Below, piece by piece: positions 61,101 to 64,000 of a stretch of DNA of 64,000 bases. The stretch lies in contig CALMYG010000034.1 in the NCBI GenBank assembly GCA_937873455.1, positions 25,405 through 89,404 of the forward strand, given 5' to 3'. The notes under the pieces are model-generated. The model was not told where the DNA came from, made no database searches, and saw nothing but the letters and a program-made list of their open reading frames with translations. This DNA is from an uncultured Verrucomicrobiota bacterium (lineage in GTDB: Bacteria > Verrucomicrobiota > Kiritimatiellia > CAIVKH01). Each line of letters starts with the position of its first letter. Position 1 is the stretch's first letter. A program made the position numbers and the translations under genes.

Positions 61101-64000
61101 GTATTGATGTTGATATTGGTGCCACTGCTGATGGCCTGATAGAACCGGGCGGTGGCGGTGCTGGCCGGCACGGCATTGTCGCTCCAGTTCGCCGTCGTCC
61201 CCCAGTTGCCGTTGGCACCCAGGCCGGCCCAGACCGAGACTACCGTCGCGGCGCGGGTTCCGGCATCGGAGGTGCCGAAATCGCTCATGCTTGCGCTGGT
61301 GTCATTGGTCGCCCGCACCCAGTAGTAATAGGTCACTTCCTGGGTCCCGGTGGTGTCCTCGTAGCTGGTCACATTCGGTCCCAGCGCGGCGCCGCTGATC
61401 AAAGTGGCCCCGGCGGTGTTGTCCACCGTGTTGCGCCACACGGTGTAGCCAGTTTCGCCATTGTTGCTGTCGGTCCAGGTGATGACCACCTTGTCGGCGA
61501 AGGTGCTGTCGGTGGCGCTGACCCCGGCGACGGTGGGGAGGCGGCGGTAACCGGCATCGCTGGCGCTGAACGCGCTCTGGGTCTCCAGGGTGCTGTTGGT
61601 GGCCCGCACCCAGTAGAAATACAACTGACCGGGGTTGGCGGTGGTGTCATCGTAGGTGGTGGTGTTCGCGGCGACCACACCAAGGTAGCTGGCCGAGCCG
61701 GAATTGTCGGTAGTGTTGCGCCAAATGGCAAATCCGGTTTCGCCCGTGACATCCGCCCAAGTCACGGTGACCTTATCGAGATGGGCGCCATCGGTGGCGG
61801 CGACACTGCCCGGCGCGGCCATCTGCCGGAATCCGGAATCGCTGGAACTGAACGCGCTTTGGGTCACCAGCGTGCTGTTGGTGGCGCGAACCCAATAGTA
61901 GTAGAGCGTACCGGCGGTGGCCGTGGTGTCGTTGAAGGTGGTGACGTTGGCCCCCACTGCGCCGACGTAGCTGGCGCTTCCGGAAACGTCGGAGGTGTGC
62001 CGCCAGATGCTGAAGCCGGTTTCGCCGGTGACATCGGCCCAGGTAATCGTCACATGATCAACCGACGTCCCATCGCTGGCCGCGACACTGCCCGGTGCAG
62101 ACAGTCCGCGGTAACCGGAATCACTGGAGCTGAACGCGCTCTGGGTGACCAGCGAGCTGTTGGTGGCCCGCACCCAGTAATAGTACAACGTGCCGGCGAC
62201 GGCGGTGGTGTCGTTGTAGGTCAACACATCCGCGCCCACCGCGCCGACATAAGTCGCCGAGCCTGAACTGTCGGACGTGTGCCGCCAGATGCTGAAGCCG
62301 GTTTCGCCGGCGACATTGCCCCAGGTGATCGTCACATGATCGGCCGAGGTGCCGTCGCTGGCGGCGACACTGGCCGGGGCGGCGAGGTTGCGGAAGCCGG
62401 AATTGCTGCCGCTGAAATCGGACTGGCTGGTGCTGGTGCTGTTGGTGGCGCGCACCCAGTAATAGTACAGAATGCCGGGGTCGGCCGAGGTATCATTGAA
62501 AGTCAAAACATCCGCGCCCACCGCACCGACATAGGTGGCGCTTCCGGAGCTGTCGCTGGTGTGCCGCCAGATGCTGAAGCCGGTTTCGCCGGTGACGTTG
62601 TTCCACGTCACGGTCACATGGGCGGCGGACGATCCATCGCTGGCGGCGACGCCGGTCGGGGCGGCAAGTTTGCGGAAACCGCCGTCGCCGTTGCTGAACG
62701 CGCTCTGGGTCTGCAAGGTGCTGTTGGTGGCGCGCACCCAGTAATAATACTGCTGGCCGGGGGTGGCGCCGGTGTCATTGTAGGTCAATACATCCGCACC
62801 CACCGAGGCGAGGTAGGTGGCGGTTCCGGAATTGTTGGCGGTGTTGCGCCAGATGCCGAAGCCGGTCTCGCCGGCGACATTGCCCCACGATAGGGCGACA
62901 TGGGCTTCTGACGTTCCATCGCTGGCGGTCAGGCTGGCCGGGGCGGTCAGGCCGCGGAAGCCGGAATCACTGGCGCTGAAGTCGGACTGGCTGATGCTGG
63001 TGCTGTTCGTCGCCCGGACCCAATAGTAATACAAGGTGCCGGCGGCAGCCGTGGTATCGTTAAAGGTCAACACATCCGCGCCCACCGCGCCGACGTAGGT
63101 GGCGGAGCCGGGCACATCGGCGGTATGCCGCCAGATGCCGAACCCGGTTTCGCCGGTCACATTGCCCCAGGTTACGGTGACATGGGCATCAGACGTGCCA
63201 TCGCTGGCGGCGACGCTGGCCGGGGCGGCGAGTTTGCGGAAGCCGCTGTCGGAAGCGCTGGGCTCGCTGGCAAACGAAGCATTGGTAGCGGTGATCCAGT
63301 AGTAATAAAGCTGGCCGGGTGTGGCCGAGGTATCGTTGTAGGTCACGGTATTCGCCGCATTGGTGAATATTGCCGAAGCCGAACCGAACGTGTTGGCGGT
63401 ATGCCGCCAGATCAGGTAACCAGTTTCGCCGGCGATGTCGTCCCACGAAAGGGCAACGTGCGCTTCGGATGATCCATCGGAAGCGGACAGCCCGGTCGGG
63501 GCGTCGAGACCGCCGATTAATTGCGACCAGTTGGTAGCTACTCGGATCTGATCAAACAACGCACCGCCGATCCAGTCTTCATTACTGCCCGCCTTGAGGC
63601 GAATGCGATTGATTTGGCCGAGGCTTAACGATCCCCACGTGGCATCCCACGAAGACGGCTCGGAACCCGGGATATTTTCGCTCCGATAAAAGGCCTTAAC
63701 CCGGGCTTGTTGGGCGGCGAAGTCGTATTTCAGGACAATCCAATACCAGTTGTTGGTGCTGTTCTGGTAGGGGTTGATGTTATAAGAGCTGGATGCATTG
63801 GAACCGCCCCTACGAATGCTGAACCTTCGGTTTTCCCCGAACACTTTTCCAAATTCCAGATGCTCGTCGGTACCGTCCATAATGGCGATAGTCGCCCATC
63901 GGCGGGACTGTTCAAACGTCTCTTCGTAGCGGTAGGCGATAAGAGCAGACACATAGATGACGCCACTGTTCACGTTCGGGATACCACGGGTGGCAATACC
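46145..64000 (-). CDS. Giant mosaic surface/adhesin-like protein (more than 5,942 aa; 5' end lies outside the window)
   Basis: Uninterrupted minus-strand frame from 46145 to the window edge. Codons 63974-64000 are also open, and the sequence begins mid-domain. Contents: 8 FN3-like repeats; an autotransporter-associated beta-strand (PATR) repeat region of about 800 aa; 5 jelly-roll modules ending in DE(I/V)R(I/V)A..W..L; Ig-like and FN3-like units; 5 DxDxDR(P/A)xD modules; one DGDxT-NPxW domain; an FYRV domain; and an unassigned tail of about 280 aa. Confidence 0.9.
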   Translation of the reverse strand, partial: GIATRGIPNVNSGVIYVSALIAYRYEETFEQSRRWATIAIMDGTDEHLEFGKVFGENRRFSIRRGGSNASSSYNINPYQNSTNNWYWIVLKYDFAAQQARVKAFYRSENIPGSEPSSWDATWGSLSLGQINRIRLKAGSNEDWIGGALFDQIRVATNWSQLIGGLDAPTGLSASDGSSEAHVALSWDDIAGETGYLIWRHTANTFGSASAIFTNAANTVTYNDTSATPGQLYYYWITATNASFASEPSASDSGFRKLAAPASVAASDGTSDAHVTVTWGNVTGETGFGIWRHTADVPGSATYVGAVGADVLTFNDTTAAAGTLYYYWVRATNSTSISQSDFSASDSGFRGLTAPASLTASDGTSEAHVALSWGNVAGETGFGIWRNTANNSGTATYLASVGADVLTYNDTGATPGQQYYYWVRATNSTLQTQSAFSNGDGGFRKLAAPTGVAASDGSSAAHVTVTWNNVTGETGFSIWRHTSDSSGSATYVGAVGADVLTFNDTSADPGILYYYWVRATNSTSTSQSDFSGSNSGFRNLAAPASVAASDGTSADHVTITWGNVAGETGFSIWRHTSDSSGSATYVGAVGADVLTYNDTTAVAGTLYYYWVRATNSSLVTQSAFSSSDSGYRGLSAPGSVAASDGTSVDHVTITWADVTGETGFSIWRHTSDVSGSASYVGAVGANVTTFNDTTATAGTLYYYWVRATNSTLVTQSAFSSSDSGFRQMAAPGSVAATDGAHLDKVTVTWADVTGETGFAIWRNTTDNSGSASYLGVVAANTTTYDDTTANPGQLYFYWVRATNSTLETQSAFSASDAGYRRLPTVAGVSATDSTFADKVVITWTDSNNGETGYTVWRNTVDNTAGATLISGAALGPNVTSYEDTTGTQEVTYYYWVRATNDTSASMSDFGTSDAGTRAATVVSVWAGLGANGNWGTTANWSDNAVPASTATARFYQAISSGTNININTTYSVGGLDFLNTAVTALNFTNTSALTIGGAGITTHASGSGAHVFRHPIVLGANQTWTHNNADDLSFFGVISGSGSLVKEGSGRIILTNNNSYTGLTTINNGIVRIQQTNGLGTIDGATIIASGGALEFSGAFTPVHETLTISGSGVSSGGALRNVTANNRTLGGTITLAGDTLVNLDANATLTFSNTVDLANNTLSLIGAGSLTPSLVLVNGNKATGDGAIYKNNAGNLTLSVANTMTGTINLVNGTIIIGNNNGLGPSGLINIHDGTTLRGNSGTRRVTPKRSVLHGDFTLGYASGLMTMSGTMNLGGEMRAITSLAVGTNIISGIISNGGLIKQGAAPLALSGANTYDMGTRIDDGELHIGIGSTAGAITGAITNNAVLVFNRSNALTHSDVISGTGSVVKLANGTITLSGNNSYSGATTISAGGIRLSHANALGTTAGNTVVEAGATLESSINGQSYAENLVLNGTGTNGVGALFNSANEVTFSGNISLASDTAIGALGVMNLSGEISGAYELMKVGSGRVILTGANNYSGGTVVDEGILQGSTTSLQGAITVEDTLVFDQSTDGTYAGALSGPGIINKIGAGSLTLSGTSTFNSDFNISNGTVVVSGSVADAGFRVYSGTTLRGNGTVGALTVSGTVAPGNSASAIGGLDVASLVMNNGSTARFKIGNAANTADRDFINNAGSVTINATVTVAIDSSQISNWNSANEYNWNLIVGGISSAANFTLDETSWASAKNGGVFSLSASGGNLVLTFTPMPATQAHTITLSSRTQTSLTINWSNGNGSHRLVVAREASAVNADPVNNNTYTANTVFGSGSQIGTGNWVVFAGTGGGPITVTGLKTNTSYHFRVYEYYTSAVFVNYNTNTASGNPANFTTADIAPGIGVGSGLTVSTTVGTSPSAGSFAVTNVGGSSLSYVISTNASWLSVSPITATNRTSGQTQSHTVTYSVAGLHAGVSNATITITQTGAGENAATNSPQTINVQLTLTAIPDPTAVTVQGEAPEFTRLFWTKNASHDVMIIHRATNAPSVPVNGTSYNAGEAFGGDGSRVIYKGAAATFEHVVIPGTINHYAFYSINNNHYSTGVTGASTNPAYQNLVIEQFAYTNGLSLNNRGGGRNWTSNWEVTSGNYTISTTHFTQVSGYPAMGGNILVGTNSQAFRGINNVNSGKLYVSFKFRNDGGNTTQWSGFSFYNGATELKFVGESFSGDRGFTIGNNVLGTATLLPDTDYTIIAMHDFGANITYGNLYTNATQSVPAIEPVTWQLTHAGAMTQVNRIRLGGNVGMRWDEVRIATNYYELLDIVSTEPAVYVGPTNIALSVMKGNTASATFAVTNTGSSALLYTNTTTYGSGSGWLTVAPTGGTVNGGASRIHTGTVSAVNIAAGTYVATNRITGNQTNGAVDVVYTMTVTNIPPATSFTATADGNETVHLTIGSSLPVMIVYREGAEPSAHPTDNTSYPVTTALGGGTVIYQGSSAYFEHIVAPGQTHNYRVYAVNNNHYSTHLLATATTGNYGPEIIEPFAYTNGVNVLAGLSGGNGWSGAWSVGAGTWGVRTNFGSDSPAVPRFFNMPAYPNQAANRVRLTNPGDGLSGRAERSFPAVNSGTIYAAAIISYQFQGANKWAGISLMSNTTEKAFAGKVSDATEGRRLGVNGPNITKNVSSFEFNPFGGGSGDTGNVYLVVMRYNLDTRQLDAKGFYRTSTVPEVEPSSWDATSTAPVNEINSVNGIRIHAGAVAAPDGTIGDVFFDEIRVASSWSDLLKLQGVVATNYIAGNATNHVFDGQVAAGSFPFMVALRAEAGVNSSSTTPPFFLPNFDILNPNGVEIVTDRVFSAMSYQDSGKTLIASNTSFGFTVPQAAVMLGSYTGRWSAISSNGVPALNIAVLSNSTPIAFTVVDDDTTAPTLETIASPHNSASRNLHISLGSAQISTGSGSSTNITYTTTDAALTNLSGGNALVFWLGARDAGSGLSRDNTNPDINSSLSIGSAIVSNVTQWDSTRSSTFTNTYVASATNAWSWITPMLPAEIESLVLTGTNAVVATWRDADFDRPDDQSTLWNQQHGYLIVNDDDVDPPTIQNFDIRGVTGVNTVTVEELIFSLHWAITGRVHDASGINVNSTNTIQPNISPYFELWDPSGAMQLRQAFNQIPFSNGGATSATRISSSNNTTLVSAPTGIWTARVVVADADLEWPGDRAIGTNTFTFVVVAGDSFAGLEATPTLLTQTSQFGVVSGPTNFTVNNVGLGNLVFSASPSAGWLSASPSSTTVGTGNSTNINVTLNIGSLNPGTYEAVFTLSGNQTNGARYVTNRLTVVGFFASEIVDQFTNAVGSTLNNANSGTGWDGVWAVSGGNYTSHSGSLSVPVNYPAAAGNRMCADTMGTEVLAWRNFPAVTTGKIYAAYAFTRGTPPGNDYTNGYFGIHFFDNNTERVWGGKAGGSTKLGLDSGGFTGGTFDFYNGTYLLVIKYDFDAGDAGVYVRNSGDTMPTNEPSFTLTRSNPGIPRIDRIRISGQNVGTLCIDEVRVARTWANLLNFFENEPTLHASSMSFENITTNSMTVNWVNGNGVARIVVARTNGPVNFTPVDGVTYTANNSFAAGTDLGNGNRIVYNEAGNTVNVSGLNPATRYYFQVFEYNVSGGTPDYLTSGTPLAGDRWTLTTEPDGVPGSFSAIAASDVAISNLWTTASGASGYVIFRRPGAAVTNIPVDGFAFTDNQTIGDVTVRVVTPGSATALLHSSLASCSNYHFRIYAFNQAADPQTINYNLSSGPVADAQTGCGEPSVQASEIVFQNVGTDFIRLSWTLGSGTRSMVLARQGTSITADPVDGLSYTSSSTFASGTQIGTGNYVVYRGTNNVTTVSGLTIGQTYTFKVYTFNGSASSSDYNTNNAANNPRTTATAAFGVASDRFVWNYFGNYANNNLSGAGTGSGWSGNWSTFGGYGAVDDANSPNSFRGYPLDDRSNCGNNCDDSRQLKFVTEASPAFGATRSFATRNSGKIVASVKINIQSSFNVSAFAGMSFMDGSTEVGFLGKGWGVSSGLLTLQAGSVATNSALHTNTTWTLVGGDAYLIVMEYDFDAKVLKGRAYAENQLLHTDPDRELAWTTVLTNVNISQITGIRLAGQNVGDLIFDHIRISPSWEQTMWSLPDQWHENFGPTPSLVYIGTNYGPSFYSQVITNLSDAELKSASGIDFAVRWDAPSGFGIFLTNNTASTTNIGSNLGRVNPNWDPLAIGLTTNEFNLDRFFDNRFGFNGFSVVTTFQQNAFNIQDIDFEVQYFVTVSAEAAPSGAGTVTAPNGGNAVPTNRAITINHPLRFYVYDDDPDPPVRGDVPLNIKVNNQAAQSQDAGDGVRRFLITDRDLATHGMDLAIKAYDEYSGLQRANTGDPATNMNVTIPWLVESNISHYVASRSTTVSTNQNASNVWSFANSLFTYNTLTDMWGGDGSGAQGQDLPVNAFLADNDDDRANDQAFTNDFFGWLRVIDNDPTPPEVGAAGLKILAGTHQVATSNPTLLIAGWNFNDTANRLQVNHGAGTMSANLYTTNTTSGSSLNLVNADIPGQDWTIQGGTNVGRHLQFTISMKYYQSLVMTFAARRSGAGYNNNTIAYSVNGGGFVDFETGWNPTTNDTIKTVDLSAVSAVNDATSVTVRITFGGGSGGNNRFDNVQFNAQPVTYFEVTDRMLAQATNDANALAFSFNVFDEISGLSRGTVAGSNMHVSISGFATNDSARYSASRSSGDSTVNTSTSLWSFTSFGYNQIGDLYANGLSNRPIFASFSDADFDRANDNLWVSNRFFGLMRVIDNDTNAPFAPNVNIPGTSLNVPFAVTTNNYAPGDLIRGFLGRRDTSGGASNVLTRVTDADLANAASLGLEFRFSARDTHSGVSRGNSGTTNEVMSFSIGNVIVGNFSDYNSALSTPQTGTNQILTNVWTFGNFDGALINTMMTSAGSTGHPVRVTIPDADNDRPNDRSIVHSLHVGQLVVVDDDINGPVLSTMSVVQGNLSASLSTSFETNQGWASSFSSGVIWTNTDFDNRVWRGQGVTLTTLDPKVSGKARIGFLTNDFPVAALQLPPVDNPGALSLYASRVSGGSGAPALALDKWDGVNWINYDGRSILAEGFDDGDFTANPTWRFTGGNFIITTTPATNHIANNNSSTLNQYFTTEIAPVSLAEGETVSVMFTYELPTNSGQKVNSVRVGLFQGAAPTANGWNQWGAGQPTRDWRGYFAQLGVDNVEATRLVRNENTIDDHAFFSGTELGTGFSAMRQGIGPRTMRFDLTRLAGGNMQLQVFEGLSPGSLLSMGTATDTSALTNLSLNNIAFYFTTSDGLNGHIQYDNISVFTTRKPAAITVDSTDYQQFSWNIDTDGSGLRYRVRRADPSGVSRSQIYVDDLALTTLSGWIGTNALTNATIHMSWAPAIDDFSGVAYYGLVAPAQGSAAPAMGQGDIHGSSVTGASASILGHQGIITGFLYAVDNDNDRPGDQSMGNTMSFALRVDTNPPPPVAALRATDAAGGNVFDPTIDESSEIKVEWTPGGTNVAQAAGWRQSDNTPLSPWDTFIVTYYEVTDTNGIPAANAVTTTLTRANTTWSNVLNNWAFTNLVLSNLVFDTYYRIHIQGRDGAGNVGPAASIIGNTDRFIVTQGVARTSTDLLLRWTGPQEEDVFRDYDVLFTESSLGFRNSLSNQWQFMQYTNRPALLDHGGTNRVAPGNLTGTTYRFYRVARPGRWETNNANRLASAEIYAAKALQLHPGENWYSMFAFPDPATTNETEGTLAYVFGTNLLPSADGFINATKISWFGNSGSGDAMGSAPTATVWLANSGNWTWLVGGSGNANNKRIPLGQGFLIELPVSASPQTLIMVGRLPTQELVHAISSPTASPTNVMYHILSHQMPERIPLSSLGITTNNGFRGGPNVGQSDEIRILSNKPVTNEMNQVVGSGSLVAPKARIFWRTTDNTWRHAGSLQNASGYIIEPDDTVVIVRRHGTTLVWTNRPVMYNPPTRNFTP
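48135..48815 (-). other. Fourth copy of the 'DGDRT-NPAW' domain, embedded in the giant protein
   Basis: GFDDGDFTANPTWRF..., [78 protein letters not shown]. These blocks are colinear with the three proteins at 34.5-39.9 kb. Confidence 0.8.
58840..61250 (-). other. Beta-helix-like region built from autotransporter-associated beta-strand (PATR, PF12951-like) repeats within the giant protein
   Basis: Repeated G.G.L.K.G.G...L.G.N.Y(T/S)G.T.(I/V)..G.L units, for example GSGSLVKEGSGRIILTNNNSYTGLTTINNGIV, VKLANGTITLSGNNSYSGATTISAGGI, LMKVGSGRVILTGANNYSGGTVVDEGIL. Confidence 0.75.
61250..63508 (-). repeat. Eight tandem 282-bp (94-aa) FN3-like coding repeats inside the giant gene
   Basis: The landmark ccagatgc(t/c)gaa(g/c)ccgg recurs at 62003, 62285, 62567, 62849 and 63131, with diverged copies at 61436, 61721 and 63407. 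Protein unit: A.P..(V/L).A(S/T)DG.S..HV.(V/L/I).W..V.GETG(F/Y).IWR(H/N)T...SG(S/T)A.Y...V.........DT.A..G.LYYYWVRATNS....QS.FS.SD.G(F/Y)R. Confidence 0.9.

Noticed and set aside
61250-63508. Regular DNA repeats that could be mistaken for a CRISPR array
   Set aside because: The period is 282 bp with no unique spacers. The repeats are in frame inside a continuous ORF and encode FN3-like units. No cas genes are present.
1-64000. rRNA, tRNA, tmRNA, transposase, integrase, phage genes or recognisable defence systems other than the two TA modules and the Uma2 nuclease
   Set aside because: None were recognised when reading the intergenic regions and the six-frame ORFs. Small structured RNAs cannot be excluded without covariance-model searches.

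Overview
The window is a 64-kb, visibly GC-rich bacterial chromosome segment. Its gene content looks like the PVC superphylum (Kiritimatiellota/Verrucomicrobiota-like). This is an inference from four things: a DUF1559-type pseudopilin, a PEP-CTERM protein, a giant protein rich in autotransporter-associated beta-strand repeats, and sulfatases next to an anaerobic sulfatase maturase.

Layout:
- (i) 0.1-3.8 kb: a secreted GH13 enzyme fused to a proprotein-convertase P-domain, and a Uma2-family nuclease.
- (ii) 4.4-13.0 kb: a housekeeping block, kdsA-kdsC-lptC-lptA-lptB-hprK-ptsH-ptsI, then metK, then gcvH-lipB.
- (iii) 13.1-13.8 kb: a decayed vapBC-like toxin-antitoxin pair.
- (iv) 13.8-43.7 kb: a glycan-utilisation island. 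It holds anSME, a GH63/37-like hydrolase, two sulfatases each followed by a GH74-like double-propeller paralogue, and a CBM-like protein. It also holds a GH94 cellobiose phosphorylase, a GPH symporter, GH3, an FAD oxidoreductase, GH1, a pseudopilin, AraC, two small lectin-like proteins, galT-galK with a mutarotase-like gene, and CE4.
- (v) 43.9-45.1 kb: a phd/vapC cassette bracketed by about 125-135-bp direct repeats.
- (vi) 45.1-64.0 kb, minus strand: a giant mosaic surface-protein gene (more than 5,942 codons) that runs off the window edge, followed 2 nt later by a small partner gene.

I recognised no rRNA, tRNA, CRISPR array, transposase or integrase.

The most interesting signals are:
- An unassigned domain of about 225 aa (DGDRT-NPAW ... 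IRYDNI) present in four proteins with four different contexts or anchors.
- The giant protein itself, with nested repeat architecture and no recognisable anchor.
- The repeat-bracketed TA cassette.
- Two intergenic repeat/hairpin elements in the housekeeping block.

All domain boundaries were set by eye (about +/-30 nt). All family assignments rest on motifs I recognise, not on database searches.
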